A stretch of DNA of 64,000 nt from Calditrichia bacterium (GTDB lineage Bacteria > Calditrichota > Calditrichia > JAJRVZ01). Positions 40,781-52,409 of this stretch are shown here, piece by piece; within the stretch, counting starts at the first letter, position 1, and each line of letters opens with the position of its first letter. The DNA lies in the NCBI GenBank assembly GCA_963796965.1, contig CAWCNS010000011.1:672001-736000 (forward strand). The letters run 5' to 3'. Below the pieces are notes generated by a model. It saw nothing but the letters and a program-made list of their open reading frames with translations. It made no database searches and was not told where the DNA came from. A program made the position numbers and the translations under genes.

Positions 40781-42475
40781 CTATTTTGCCAACGTGACAA
40801 CCACCAATACAACTGCACTTACCTGAGCAACTATCGCCAACCCATCGATAAAATAAGTATACCAGTCAATTCTATCCTTTTCAGGAATAAATATGATATC
40901 TCCTTCATTAACTTGAGAATCATCCTCCACATCATTCCATTTACCTGTTCGGGAATCAATAATAGTGATCCAACTTTCTCTAGCCAGATATGTAAATCCA
41001 CCGGCAGCTTTGATATAATCTTCATATCCCCAATCGGATCGATAAGTAATGTTACCTGGTCTTATCACCCCACCGGAAACAAATACGGTCATTTTCCGTT
41101 CAGGAATGATAATTAAATCTTTATTATATAAGAGAACGTCACTTGTTGAGTCCATTTCAACAAATAATTTATTATAGTCAACCGTAACAATATATCTGTT
41201 TTCCCTTGTACGTAACCGAAAATAACTCGCTTCCTCAACAGTCATTTCCACGGGTCTAATATTTTCTAACCGTTGCAACTCAACCTCATCTGTAAACGTG
41301 GAATTTTTTCGGATGAGTGATGAACTGAGGATAGCTGCGTCATCTGTAAAACCACCTGCCTGTTTAATAATTTCAGACAGATAAGTTTTACCATTTTCAA
41401 TTGGATATTCACCCGGATAATTGACTTCGCCATTCAAAAAAACAGAAAATTTTTCATGATATTGCTTTTTTTCTCTGATAAAAATGCGATCATCAGGCTT
41501 TAAGAGAAAATTGCTATCTGCCGGGAAAGATAAGATTTCTGTAAGCAATGACTTTTTGTCCGAAGCAAACCGTACCAATTCCACACGCGTTGAGTCTGCA
41601 GTCGGTAATAGTCCGGAAGCAAATCGGATGGCTGTTTTAAGATCATCTCCGGCTCTATATTCATACTCTACCGGGCGGGCGATCGCACCTCTCACCGAAA
41701 CCGTATATCGCGTAGAGTCCCGGAAATTAATATATACAATATCTTCATCCTGCAAATAGGGATTTTGAGAACGATCGCCTAATAATTTATAACGGAGTAA
41801 ATCATATCGTGCCGTACCGGATTTTCTCTTAACTTCAACTGCTCTAAAAGAGACAACATCCCAGTTAAAGATAATCGTAGTATCCAATATCATTGGCTCG
41901 ATCATTTGGGTGACCGCTTCATATAAGCGATTGCTGGAATTCATTATCAACGTGCTCGTGAGGGGAATAGCACCAAGTACATCTACCTTTATTGGATGCA
42001 CCTGAAAGAGATGTGATTCAACCATAGCCTGCGAGAAATTTTTTCGCAAAACTTTATCAATTTCTTCCTTCGCCGCTTTAAGGGTTAAATATCTAACGTA
42101 CACGGTTGGTGCATCCGGAATAATAAGATATCCATCCGGGGTCACGATACTATTAAAAATTTTGAAAGCCGGTCCTTTTACATCAACTTTTATAATAAAA
42201 ACATCACCAGCATCGACCTTGTACTCCTCTTCATTAACAGATGACATCAACATATTTCCACTCTGAGGTTCGGGCATCCTTGTAAACCCCCCGCTTCCTA
42301 GCCCCATCAAAGAAAAAGTTGATTCTTCCTTTTTATCTGATTGTGAATAATCCTGAGATAAAACTAAAATAGGTAAGCAGAGAGAAATTAAATAAACAAA
42401 CCGTATATATTTGAATAATAATTTCAAGGTCTTTTGAGGCTTGATCATACTTTTTAATCTTTTCTCGTTTGACAA
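40781..42475 (-). CDS. Polysaccharide export protein, Wza/KpsD-like with multiple SLBB domains
   Basis: YKVDAGD, VTPDGYLIIP, repeated SLBB motifs VRGAIARP, LNGEVNYPGEY..AGGFT, VSGGVIRPG..AAGGFT, GDIIFIPEK. Confidence 0.85.
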   Translation of the reverse strand: MSNEKRLKSMIKPQKTLKLLFKYIRFVYLISLCLPILVLSQDYSQSDKKEESTFSLMGLGSGGFTRMPEPQSGNMLMSSVNEEEYKVDAGDVFIIKVDVKGPAFKIFNSIVTPDGYLIIPDAPTVYVRYLTLKAAKEEIDKVLRKNFSQAMVESHLFQVHPIKVDVLGAIPLTSTLIMNSSNRLYEAVTQMIEPMILDTTIIFNWDVVSFRAVEVKRKSGTARYDLLRYKLLGDRSQNPYLQDEDIVYINFRDSTRYTVSVRGAIARPVEYEYRAGDDLKTAIRFASGLLPTADSTRVELVRFASDKKSLLTEILSFPADSNFLLKPDDRIFIREKKQYHEKFSVFLNGEVNYPGEYPIENGKTYLSEIIKQAGGFTDDAAILSSSLIRKNSTFTDEVELQRLENIRPVEMTVEEASYFRLRTRENRYIVTVDYNKLFVEMDSTSDVLLYNKDLIIIPERKMTVFVSGGVIRPGNITYRSDWGYEDYIKAAGGFTYLARESWITIIDSRTGKWNDVEDDSQVNEGDIIFIPEKDRIDWYTYFIDGLAIVAQVSAVVLVVVTLAK

Positions 42476-42487
42476 TTGATGTTTGAC

Positions 42488-43582
42488 TTAATTTAACTTC
42501 TCACCCAAAATATTCACAATCCGTTCAGCAGCTCTGCCATCCCATAATTCCGGAATTGATCCTTCTTTTAATCTACCAGCAAAAATATCGTTAGCTGCTG
42601 CAACTATTTTATCGGGATCTGATCCAAGAAGAATATTTGTACCCACCTCAATTGTTACAGGTCGCTCAGTATTTTCCCGAATCGTCAAACAGGGTATTTT
42701 CAAAAAAGTCGTTTCTTCCTGTATCCCTCCGGAATCAGTCAAAACAAGTCGTGCATTCTGCATCAATTGCATGAAATCAAGATAACCAATTGGATCTGTT
42801 ATTATCAGATTTTCAATGTTATCAGCCTTTGACGAAAGGCCAAACGAATCAATCATCTTTCTTGTTCGCGGATGCATAGGAAAAACAATCTTCGAGTGCC
42901 TACTGATTTCCTCAAAGACATGCATCAGTTTCTCCAGGTTTTCCTTAACATCCACATTACTTGGCCGATGTAATGTCACCAAAGTATAGGGATCACCATT
43001 TATCTCAAGATCGGATAAGATAGGAGATTCTTTGGCTTTTTCCAGAAAATATACGAGCGAATCAATCATTACGTTCCCACAAAAGAACACTTTTTGATCT
43101 GAAATCCCTTCATTTTTAAGATTCTCCATCCCACTTTTTTCCGTTACAAATAGATAATCAGACAATGTGTCCGTAATCATACGGTTAATCTCTTCAGGCA
43201 TACGACGGTCAAAACTTCTTAAACCTGCTTCCACATGGGCTATTTTTATATGCATCTTAGAAGCCACAAGACTGCAGGCAGCAGTAGAATTTACATCACC
43301 GACGACCAATACAAGATCAGGCTTATACTCCTCCAAGACCTCTTCAAAAGCAAGCATTATTTTTGCTGTCTGTTGCGTATGTGTACCTGATCCGATACCC
43401 AGATAGACATCTGGTTCTGGTAAATTGAGATCATCGAAAAATAATTTGGACATTTTCTCATCATAGTGCTGTCCCGTATGCACAAGGATAGGATCAATTG
43501 TGGGAGTATTACGCATCTCTCTGTGAATAGGGGCAATTTTCATAAAATTTGGCCGGGCACCGACGATATTGAGAATCTTCAT
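42488..43582 (-). CDS. wecB: UDP-N-acetylglucosamine 2-epimerase (non-hydrolysing)
   Basis: GARPNFMK, HTGQHYD, GDVNST, HVEAGLRS, PEEINR, TDSGGIQEE, TERP. Confidence 0.95.
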   Translation of the reverse strand: MKILNIVGARPNFMKIAPIHREMRNTPTIDPILVHTGQHYDEKMSKLFFDDLNLPEPDVYLGIGSGTHTQQTAKIMLAFEEVLEEYKPDLVLVVGDVNSTAACSLVASKMHIKIAHVEAGLRSFDRRMPEEINRMITDTLSDYLFVTEKSGMENLKNEGISDQKVFFCGNVMIDSLVYFLEKAKESPILSDLEINGDPYTLVTLHRPSNVDVKENLEKLMHVFEEISRHSKIVFPMHPRTRKMIDSFGLSSKADNIENLIITDPIGYLDFMQLMQNARLVLTDSGGIQEETTFLKIPCLTIRENTERPVTIEVGTNILLGSDPDKIVAAANDIFAGRLKEGSIPELWDGRAAERIVNILGEKLN

Positions 43583-43714
43583 ATTCAAAACTTCTTTTTA
43601 AGCACAGAGTCCGCAGAGAAATAGAATGAATATCCATGGATTCTGTAAAATATTATGTGTTCAGTTTATCAGGTAAATTTATGTATAATAGAAAGTTAAA
43701 GCAAGATGAATTCA

Positions 43715-43769
43715 GAAGAGTGAAGAGGGAAAAGTAATGCTCTACACTCCGCACTCTACGATCTACCGA
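43715..43769. repeat. Inverted heptamer arrays abutting the rnc stop
   Basis: gaagagt gaagagg gaaaagt ... ctacact ccgcact ctacgat ctaccga. Confidence 0.5.
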
Positions 43770-44540
43770 CTAGATCTCCCCATTAACCAACTTCTCCGGT
43801 GCAATCTCTTTTAGCAAATTATGGGCTGCACGCTGCTCAGCCACTTTTTTGCTTCTCCCACTACCCCGGGCGCAAACATTATCACCAAGATGGACATCTA
43901 TTACAAACTTTTTTTCATGATCAGGTCCGCTTTCATTCACTAATTCGTAACAGGGGCCATTTCCCCCCCTGCCCTGAGCGAGTTCTAATAGTATACTTTT
44001 ATAATTGACAAAACTCTCATTTTTTAAGACGAGTTGGTGATCGTTTAACAGAGTGTCTTCGATAAATTCCCGGGCCTTTGTTAATCCCCCATCAAGATAG
44101 ATTGCACCCAAAATTGTTTCATAAAGGTTGGCCAGATTGGAGGGGCGTTTTTTACCACCGGTTTTTTCCTCCCCAAAATTAACCAGGAGGAATTTTCCGA
44201 GCCCCAGATTAGCAACAACCTCAGCAAGAACTTTGCGTGAAACCAAGACTGATTTCATCTTTGATAAGGTTCCCTCCCGGGTCTTGGGCTTTGTACGGTA
44301 CAAAAATTCAGTAACAACCAAATCCAGAACAGCATCCCCTAAAAACTCCATTCGTTCATTGGAATCATAGGATGCCCCGCCAGAGATTGACAAATAAGAA
44401 CTATGGGTAAAAGCTGTGAGGAGAAAGGAGCGGTCTTTAAATTTATATTCAATAATTGATTCGACTGACCGATAATCCAAATTTTTGGATCGGTTCTTTG
44501 AGAAGAGTGATGTGATTTTGCGAAGAATATTCAAGGACAT
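43770..44540 (-). CDS. rnc: Ribonuclease III
   Basis: AFTHSS, signature NERMEFLGDAVL, YETILGAIYLDGG, dsRBD NYKSILLE..GPDHEK..GRSKKVAEQRAA. Confidence 0.95.
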   Translation of the reverse strand: MSLNILRKITSLFSKNRSKNLDYRSVESIIEYKFKDRSFLLTAFTHSSYLSISGGASYDSNERMEFLGDAVLDLVVTEFLYRTKPKTREGTLSKMKSVLVSRKVLAEVVANLGLGKFLLVNFGEEKTGGKKRPSNLANLYETILGAIYLDGGLTKAREFIEDTLLNDHQLVLKNESFVNYKSILLELAQGRGGNGPCYELVNESGPDHEKKFVIDVHLGDNVCARGSGRSKKVAEQRAAHNLLKEIAPEKLVNGEI

Positions 44541-44541
44541 A

Positions 44542-44568
44542 TAAAAGTGGGGATGTAAAAACATCCCC
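44542..44568 (-). terminator. Terminator-like hairpin between fabF and rnc
   Basis: Minus strand GGGGATGT-TTTT-ACATCCCC (perfect 8-bp stem) followed by ACTTTTAT. Confidence 0.55.
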
Positions 44569-44576
44569 GATTATCT

Positions 44577-45816
44577 TTACTTGTATTTTTTAAGGCTTAA
44601 GCAAGCATTGTGTCCCCCAAATCCGAACGTATTACTTACGGCCACATTAACCTCTTTCTCAATAGACTTATTCGGTGTATAGTTGAGGTCGCATTCCGGA
44701 TCTGGTGTTTCATAATTGATAGTTGGGGGAATCTTGTTTTCATGAACGACTAAGAGCTGAGACAATTAATTCAACGCCACCAGCTGCACCAAGAATGTGC
44801 CCTGTCATAGATTTAGTCGAACTAATAGCAATATCGTATGCCCGTTCTCCAAAAACCGTTTTAATGGCCTGGGTTTCATTTTTATCATTATAGGGTGTGC
44901 TGGTTCCATGGGCATTAATATAATCAACATCATCGGGCGTCAAACCACCATCTTTAAGACATTGGTTCATGGCCCTCACGGCTCCCTCACCTCCTGGTGC
45001 CGGAGCTGTTAGATGATAGGCATCGGCCGTAAATCCGATTCCAGCCATTTCAGCCCAGATAGTTGCTCCACGTGCCAAGGCATGCTCCAACTCCTCAATC
45101 ACAACGATTCCAGCTCCTTCTCCCATGACAAATCCATCACGATTCAAATCAAAAGGTCTGCTCGCAGTAGATGGGTCATCATTACGTGTGGAAAGGGCCT
45201 TCATGGAATTAAACCCGGCAATACCGATCGGTGTAATGGCCGCTTCAGATCCACCCGCAACCATAACATCAGCATCTCCACGCTGGATAGCCATTACGGC
45301 AGCCCCAACAGAATGCCCCGATGTTGCACAGGCGGAAACTGTTCCATAATTTGGACCCTTTAAATTATATTCCATAGAGATATGTCCGGCTGCAATATCC
45401 GAGATCATCTGTGGAATAAAAAATGGACTAACCCTACGTGGCCCCTGATTAAGAAGTTTTGCCATTTCAGTTTCAAAAGAAAGCATTCCACCTATACCTG
45501 AACCTACAATTACACCAATCCGGTCACGATTTTCATTTTCTAAATCTAATCCTGATTGTGTTAATGCTTCGCGTGCACATACGATGGCGTATTGTGCAAA
45601 TGGATCGAGGCGGCGTGCCTCTTTTTTGTCAAAATAGTTTTCCGGATCAAATCCCTTTACTTCAGCAGCAAACTTTGTCGTATAATCAGTGGTATCAAAA
45701 TGAGTGATCATTCCAAGACCACTTTTCCCCGCTAGGAATCCAGACCAGGAATCTTGTGTATTGAGACCAAGCGCATTGATGGTTCCCATACCCGTAATAA
45801 CTACCCGTCGACGCAT
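44577..45816 (-). CDS. fabF: 3-oxoacyl-ACP synthase II (frameshift near 44750)
   Basis: [33 protein letters not shown]-terminus [27 protein letters not shown] lies in the next frame. Confidence 0.95.
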
Positions 45817-45863
45817 AATACGAATATCCCCTTTCTAATTAATAAGAAGAAAAATGGTGAGCG

Positions 45864-46097
45864 TTAACCCAACTTACCACTCAAATATTCAATTGCGTCA
45901 CCAACTGTACGCATTTTTTCTGCATCCTCATCAGGAATTTCGATATCAAATTTTTCCTCAAAAGCCATGACGAGTTCTACTGTATCCAAAGAGTCAGCAC
46001 CAAGATCATCAATAAAAGATGCTTCAGGTTTTACCTGTGCTTCATCAACACCAAGTTGTTCAACAATGATTTCTTTTACCTTATCATCAATAGCCAT
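45864..46097 (-). CDS. acpP: Acyl carrier protein
   Basis: [25 protein letters not shown]. Confidence 0.98.
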   Translation of the reverse strand: MAIDDKVKEIIVEQLGVDEAQVKPEASFIDDLGADSLDTVELVMAFEEKFDIEIPDEDAEKMRTVGDAIEYLSGKLG

Positions 46098-46190
46098 TTT
46101 TAAATCCTCCTACTCTTGTGTATGTTTACTTTTGTATAAATTAACTTTATCTGTATATCATTTATTTTATGTGTTAAATCACAATTTATT

Positions 46191-46223
46191 CGCTACCCGC
46201 CTAGCGCCAAGCGCAAAACGTTC
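46191..46223. repeat. Heptamer tandem array abutting the fabG stop
   Basis: cgctacc cgcctag cgccaag cgcaaaa cgttc. Confidence 0.55.
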
Positions 46224-46965
46224 CTACATCACCATTCCGCCATCCACATTTATAACCTGACCGGTTATATAACTTGATTGGTCTGAAGAAAGAAAGAGTA
46301 CAACCCGGGCGACATCTTCCGGTTGCCCTAATTTTGCCAATGGAATTAGTTTCAATAAACTCTCTCGTGCTTTTTCAGGAAGTTTTTCGGTCATGGCTGT
46401 TTGTATAAAACCAGGAGCAACGGCATTTACAAGTATATTTCTCGTTGCAAGTTCTTTAGCAACCGACTTTGTTAATCCAATTACACCTGCCTTTGAAGAT
46501 GCATAATTAGCCTGGCCGGCATTGCCCATCTGGCCAACAACGGATGCAATATTTATAATTCGTCCGAATCGTTGCTTCATAAAGAACTTTGTTGCAGCAC
46601 GGATACAGTTAAATGTTCCTTTAAGATTTACAGATATAACACTATCCCACTCGTCTTCTGACATTCGCATTAATAAATTATCACGCGTGATACCCGCATT
46701 ATTGACCAGAATATCAATTTTACCAAACTCTTCTTGTGCTGTTTCGATTAACTTCGTTGCTTGATCAGTTTGACTGACATTGGATTCAACCCAGATGGCT
46801 TTTCTTCCCATCGTTTTAATTTCTTCAACTGTCTCTTTTCCGGCCTCAACATTCAGATCAGAAATAACCAGATTAGCCCCAGCTTCTGCTAATGTAAGTG
46901 CAATTGTTTTTCCAATACCTCTGGCTGAGCCTGTTACCACTGCAAGCCTGATCTAAAAGTTCCAT
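46224..46965 (-). CDS. fabG: 3-oxoacyl-ACP reductase (one extra base near 46948)
   Basis: ATG 46965 MELLDQ, then AVVTGSARGIG, NNAGITRD, YASSKAG, NAVAPGFI, NVDGGM. Confidence 0.93.
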
Positions 46966-47032
46966 TCGGTTCTCTCCAAGCAAGATTAAATTAAGTTAAT
47001 TTAAATTCAAAAACATCTAAAATATAACACTC

Positions 47033-47960
47033 TTATCCATTTAATATTGATTCCACCTCAGATACGTTACCCACAGATGAACTACTAAAGTCTCTATTAA
47101 TTCTTTTGTTTAATCCGCAAAGTACTTTTCCCGGACCAATCTCATAAAAATTCCCAATCTGATCGGAAGACATATTGGTAATTATTTCCTCCCATCTGAC
47201 CGGATGGGTTAATTGCTTATAAAGAAGGTCTCTAATTCTATCAGATTCTGTTGATGGAGTTGCTTCAACATTTGTATAAACGGGAATTACCGCCGTTTTT
47301 ATTTCTGCTTTTTTTAGAGCCTCCAAAAATCCACTTGCAGCTCCCTCCATAAGAGGGGAATGAAAGGCACCACTGACTACCAGCTCAATGGCTCTTTTTG
47401 CACCCCGGTCTTTTGCCAAGATCATTGCCGCTCTTACGGCAACCACATCTCCAGATAATAACTATCTGACCTGGTGAATTGTAGTTTGCCGCACAAACTA
47501 TACCTGAACTCTTTAAATTTTCACATATTTCATCAACCACTTCTGCATCAAGACCAATAATTGCACCCATTGTTCCGGGGTTGTCTATTCCGGCCTGCTG
47601 CATTAATTCGCCCCTTATTTTTACTAATTTCAACCCATCTTCAAAACTGAGAGCGCCTGCAGCAACTAAGGCACTGTATTCTCCTAAACTATGCCCCGCC
47701 ACAGCATCCGGCAATTCTGTTCGATCTTTAATAAGCCCAAATACAGCCATACTATGTACGAAGATGGCCGGTTGTGTAATTTCTGTTTGTTTAAGTTTTT
47801 CTTCCGGACCTTCAAAACAGATGGAAGCCAGATCGAGATCCATGATATCATTTGCTTGTGAATAGATATCTTTAACTTGAGAATATTTATCATAAAGATC
47901 TCTGGCCATACCCACAAATTGTGAACCCTGTCCAGGAAACAAATATGCTTTTTTACTCAA
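47033..47960 (-). CDS. fabD: Malonyl-CoA:ACP transacylase (frameshift near 47455)
   Basis: FPGQGSQ, GHSLGEY, NYNSPGQIVI / VSGAFHSPLM, EIGPGKVL. Confidence 0.93.
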
Positions 47961-48000
47961 CTCTGATAATCTCCAAATTTACTTTAAACTCATAAATAGC

Positions 48001-48090
48001 AACCACAAATTAACACATTTTTCACAAAATTTTATTATATATTTTCTTTTTGTACCTGAATTTTGTGTTATCTTTACATTCTTTGTGGTT
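48001..48090. repeat. Intergenic palindrome with periodic arms (AACCACAAA...TTTGTGGTT)
   Basis: Left arm aaccacaaattaacacatttttcacaaaatt; reverse complement of right arm aaccacaaagaatgtaaagataacacaaaatt. Confidence 0.6.
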
Positions 48091-48112
48091 TAATCCGCTG
48101 ATCATTCTTATC

Positions 48113-49126
48113 CTACCCTCCATTTGAAGGTGGATTAATACCCCAGCGGATAAGTGCACTTCCCCAGGTAAAACCAGCCCCAAAAGTAGCGAGAACGATC
48201 AGATCATTTTTTTCCACTTTACCTTGTTGATAGGCCTCGGACAAAGCCAGAGGAATCGTTGCTGCCGTCGTATTTCCATATTTATTTATATTGATTAAAA
48301 CTTTTTTAGGATCTAATCCCAATCGTTTTGCAGCCGCATCTATAATTCTCAGATTGGCCTGATGAGGAACCATAAGTTTTACATCTTTTCCAGTATAAGA
48401 ATTTCGCACCAGAACCTGTTCCGCGATGTCTGCCATTTTTTGTACAGCAAATTTAAAAACGGTCTTACCATCCTGATAAATATAATGCCAATCATTGGCA
48501 ACTGTTTCCACTGTTGCAGGATACTTTGAACCGCCTGCCTTCATGTGCAGATAGTCAGCCCCAGATCCATCAGAATGGAGTATGAAATCCAGTAACACCA
48601 ATATTTTCATCATCCGTAGGTTCAAGCAATACTGCTCCTGCAGCATCTCCAAACAAAACACAGGTATTACGATCATTATAATTTGTGATCGAAGACATTT
48701 TATCTGTTCCAACCACAACGATTTTTTTATATCTTCCTGCTTCAATGATCTGCGTACCCAGCGATAAAGCATAAATAAATCCAGAACATGCTGCTGAGAT
48801 ATCAAATGAACAGGCATTTTTTGCTCCACCTTATCCTGAACGAGATTTGCTGTACTGGGAAAAAACATATCAGGTGTAACAGTAGCAACAATTATCACAT
48901 CAATATCATTGGCATCAATCCCCCGTTGTTCAATTAATTTCTTGACGGCCCCAGCTCCCATATCTGAAGAGGCTTTGCCATCCTCAAGAATTCTTCTTTC
49001 ACTAATTCCTGTACGGGTACGAATCCATTCATCAGTGGTATCAACCATTTTTTCCAAATCGCTATTCGTTAATACTTTTTCCGGAACCCAATGACTGATC
49101 GCTGATATATATGCTCCTCGTTTCAC
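48113..49126 (-). CDS. fabH: 3-oxoacyl-ACP synthase III (two compensating frameshifts, ~48830 and ~48590)
   Basis: [37 protein letters not shown] in the track frame; catalytic [13 protein letters not shown] and LFGDAAGA in an alternative frame. Confidence 0.93.
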   Translation of the reverse strand: MKRGAYISAISHWVPEKVLTNSDLEKMVDTTDEWIRTRTGISERRILEDGKASSDMGAGAVKKLIEQRGIDANDIDVIIVATVTPDMFFPSTANLVQDKVEQKMPVHLISQQHVLDLFMLYRWVRRSLKQEDIKKSLWLEQIKCLRSQIIMIVIPVFCLEMLQEQYCLNLRMMKILVLLDFILHSDGSGADYLHMKAGGSKYPATVETVANDWHYIYQDGKTVFKFAVQKMADIAEQVLVRNSYTGKDVKLMVPHQANLRIIDAAAKRLGLDPKKVLININKYGNTTAATIPLALSEAYQQGKVEKNDLIVLATFGAGFTWGSALIRWGINPPSNGG

Positions 49127-50137
49127 GCCTGTATTTCTCCTCTGGTTTTAAAAGTATCAGCAATATGATCATTTACATTTTTTAAACGCATTTTTTCCGC
49201 AACCAATAAGTGCATTTTTAATTGCCTTTGCACTTGAACTGCCGTGGCAAATAATGGAGATTCCATTAACACCCAAAAGCGGAACCCCACCATATTCTTC
49301 ATAATCATAATTTTTTCTTAGTTCCGAAAATGCTGGCTTTACAAGCAATGCACCAAGATTGGTAAACAGGTTTGTGCCGATATTTCTTTTCAGACTTTTT
49401 GACAATACCCCCATAACACTTTCTGCAAACTTTAGAATGATGTTTCCAACAAATCCATCACAAACGACGATATCAACTTTTCCTTTTAAAATATCCCTTC
49501 CCTCAACATTACCCACAAATCCTGGAAGATCATTTCTTCATTAGTTGATACGCAGCTTGTGATAATTCATTCCCTTTTTTTTCTTCTTCACCAATATTGA
49601 GTAATCCGATACTGGGTATCCCAGCACGATAAATATGTTCAACAAATATCCTGCCCATAATTCCAAATTGCAAGAGATTCAGAGGTTTGCATTCACTATT
49701 TGCCCCCACATCTATAAGAAGGGTTACCCCTTTTTCACTTGGTATAAATGATCCGATTGCCGGTCGATGTACCCCATTAATTCTACCTAGGTTTAATAAG
49801 GATGCTGCCATTTGAGCACCCGTATTCCCGGCACTTACAAAAGCATCAACTTCACCTTTTTATGAAGTTTTAGCCCAATCATAATAGAAGAGTCTTTTTT
49901 TTGCTTGAGGGCATCTGTGGGTGATTCATTCATACCTATATTTTGACTGGCATGAACGACAGAGATTCCGGATTCCTTAATGTCTTTAAAACTGCTTAGT
50001 TCCCGGCTAATTTTTTCTTCATCGCCGACAAGAACCAATTTATTTCTTCTTTTGGTCTCTTTTTGATATAAATATGCCCCTTCGACAGTCGCCTGAGGGG
50101 CAAAATCTCCACCCATTGCATCTAAAGCAATTCGCAT
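49123..50137 (-). CDS. plsX: Phosphate acyltransferase PlsX (about three frameshifts)
   Basis: IALDAMGGDFAP, DVGAN, GLLNIGEEEKKG, GNVEGRD..VCDGFVGNI, YGGVPLLGV..HGSS, spread over four ORF fragments. Confidence 0.92.
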
Positions 50138-50168
50138 CTATTAATTCTCATCCAGAAATTGGAAAATA

Positions 50169-50360
50169 TCAAGTGGTAACATCAGGGGTATAAATTGCTC
50201 GACCTTTATAATAGCCACAATGTGGGCAAACATGATGCGGAAGTTTCATTTCACTGCAGTTTTCACATGCGGATAGATGATTTCCATGCAATTTTGCTGC
50301 CCAGCTGGCACGTCTTTTATCACGTTTCGATCGGGATATTTTTCGTTTTGGATTTGGCAT
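50169..50360 (-). CDS. rpmF: 50S ribosomal protein L32 (C4 Zn-ribbon type)
   Basis: MPNPKRKISRSKRDKRR..CENC..PHHVCPHCGYYKG. Confidence 0.95.
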   Translation of the reverse strand: MPNPKRKISRSKRDKRRASWAAKLHGNHLSACENCSEMKLPHHVCPHCGYYKGRAIYTPDVTT

Positions 50361-50368
50361 TGCAACTC

Positions 50369-50862
50369 CTATTTCAACAAAGATTTTAATTTTTCAAGTC
50401 GTGGATCGACATTCTCAAGATGACAATCACAATTTTTCAGATTTAGATTTATACCACAATTAGAACACAGACCTTTACAATCATCCTTACACAATTGCTT
50501 TATTTTACGATTTAAAACAATAGATTCCTCAATAGCTTCTGCTAATATTGATTTCCCTGCTATTACCCGGCAAAATAATTATTTCATCACTACCAAGATC
50601 ATCTGCCCCTAGATGGTAAATCTGTTCAATCATCGCATTGACATGTGACAAAAATGGCTCAAGACAGCGATCACAAGGGAATTCAATATCCGCCGAGACT
50701 GAAATTTTAAATCGGTATAGATTTTCTAACTGGTCCACAAAGATCTTCAAACGAATAGGCCCAGAGAAAGATCCCACCTCAGCCAAATCATAATTCTGAG
50801 GAGGAACTTCAAACTCAAACTCATTAATTCCTTCGTAAAGATCTATATATTGCTACATTCAT
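50369..50862 (-). CDS. yceD: DUF177/YceD family protein (two frameshifts)
   Basis: CDRCLE in the track fragment; read manually in the next frame LCKDDCKGLCSNCGINLN..CDC..DPRLEKLK; lies immediately upstream of rpmF. Confidence 0.85.
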
Positions 50863-50873
50863 AACAGTCGAGA

Positions 50874-50902
50874 AATTTAAGAAATGTCAATTTGAATAGC
50901 AA
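50874..50902 (-). promoter_or_regulatory. Putative sigma70 promoter for yceD-rpmF-plsX-fab
   Basis: Minus strand TTGCTA-17nt-TAAATT; the ATG is only 11 nt after the -10 box. Confidence 0.5.
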
Positions 50903-51010
50903 ATTCGGAATGAAATAAAAGTATATTGAATTGACTATATATATTTAGTTAACAATACTAATTAGACTTTAGCCTGTTAAGAGAAAAATATAATATAAGA
51001 TAAAAAGTAC

Positions 51011-52216
51011 TCAAGATAATCCCTGTACAATCTTCATTGTATCTAAAGCAATGACCAATTCTTCATTTGTAGGGATTACATAGACTCCCACGTCGAGAAT
51101 TGTCACTGCTGATCGCTCTTTCCCCCTTTTGATCAGAATTGTTTTTAGCACTATCAAGATCAATACCAAGAAATGATAGATTATCTAAAGAATTTTGACG
51201 GACTAAAGAGGAATTCTCTCCAATACCACCTGTAAAAACAACTGCATCGAGCCCTCCCATTGCTGCAGCATAGCTGCCAATATATTTTTTTATCCTGATA
51301 GCAAAATACTTGGTGGGCCAATCTTGCCCGGCTATTATCTTCATACTCTTCCTCAATTTCACGCATGTCACTGCTGAGCCCGCTCAATCCCTGTATACCA
51401 CTATGTTTATTAAGCATGGTATTGGCTTCATGCATACGTTAATTCTTCTTTATTCATTATATGCAGCACCACAGCCGGATCAATATCCCCACTTCTTGTC
51501 CCCATTAAAAGTCCCTCAAGGGGCGTAAAACCCATTGAGGTATCGATTGACTTACCGTGTTGTATTGCCGCTGCAGAGCAGCCGTTTCCGAGATGACAGG
51601 TAATAACCTTTTGCTCTTCCAAGGGTTTGCCTGAAATTTCTGCCAGACGTTCAGCCACATAAAGATGGGAAGTTCCGTGAAAGCCATAACGACGGATGCC
51701 ATGGCGTTTGTATAACACATGCGGAAGACCATAGATGTAGGCATAATTGGGCATTGTTTGGTGAAAAGCAGTATCAAAAACACTAACTTGTGGTGCATTT
51801 GGCAGGAGTGCCTGCGTTGCCCGAATTCCTTTAAGATTTGGTGGATTATGCAAAGGTGCATAATCCATACAAATGGATATTTCCTTGATCACCTCTGAGT
51901 GAATCAGAACAGAACTGCTAAACGATTCACCTCCATGAACCACCCGATGACCAACTGCTGAAATTTCTTCTTTGTTCTTAATCACACCATGATTTTTACT
52001 TAATAAAATACTTAAGACATATTCTATAGCAACTTTGTGATCCAGAATTTCTCCACTGAGTCTTATTTCCTCTCTGTCATGGGGCTTATGTGTCAACATC
52101 GCCCCAGCCATACCTATCCTCTCGACCACACCCTTTGCCAGGGTTAACTTCTTTTCAGGATCAATCATTTGATATTTTACAGATGAACTACCACTATTTA
52201 ATACTAATATATTCAT
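51011..52216 (-). CDS. ackA: Acetate kinase (about three frameshifts)
   Basis: [54 protein letters not shown] / SSDMR / [10 protein letters not shown] / [10 protein letters not shown]. Confidence 0.93.
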
Positions 52217-52263
52217 TCATTTCCTCGTTGCGATAAATATTCTTAAATCTTGTCATGATTTTT

Positions 52264-52397
52264 TCCACGAATTTCACTAATTATTGCGTATTACACGAAT
52301 TCTTTAAAAGTTGTGTATATTTTCTAAACCCAAATAAAGCCCAATACAGAGTTTGGAAAAAGTAGTGAAATTAGTCTTAATTCGTGTAATTCGTGGA
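52264..52397. repeat. Intergenic palindrome with 9-nt periodic arms (ACACGAATT)
   Basis: Left arm tccacgaatttcactaattattgcgtattacacgaatt; reverse complement of right arm tccacgaattacacgaattaagactaatttcactact. Confidence 0.75.
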
Positions 52398-52409
52398 CAT
52401 CTTTTATCT

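Noticed and set aside
44577..52216. Pseudogenisation of the fatty-acid synthesis cluster and ackA
   Set aside because: All catalytic motifs are intact and the lesions are frameshifts only, a pattern typical of sequencing error.
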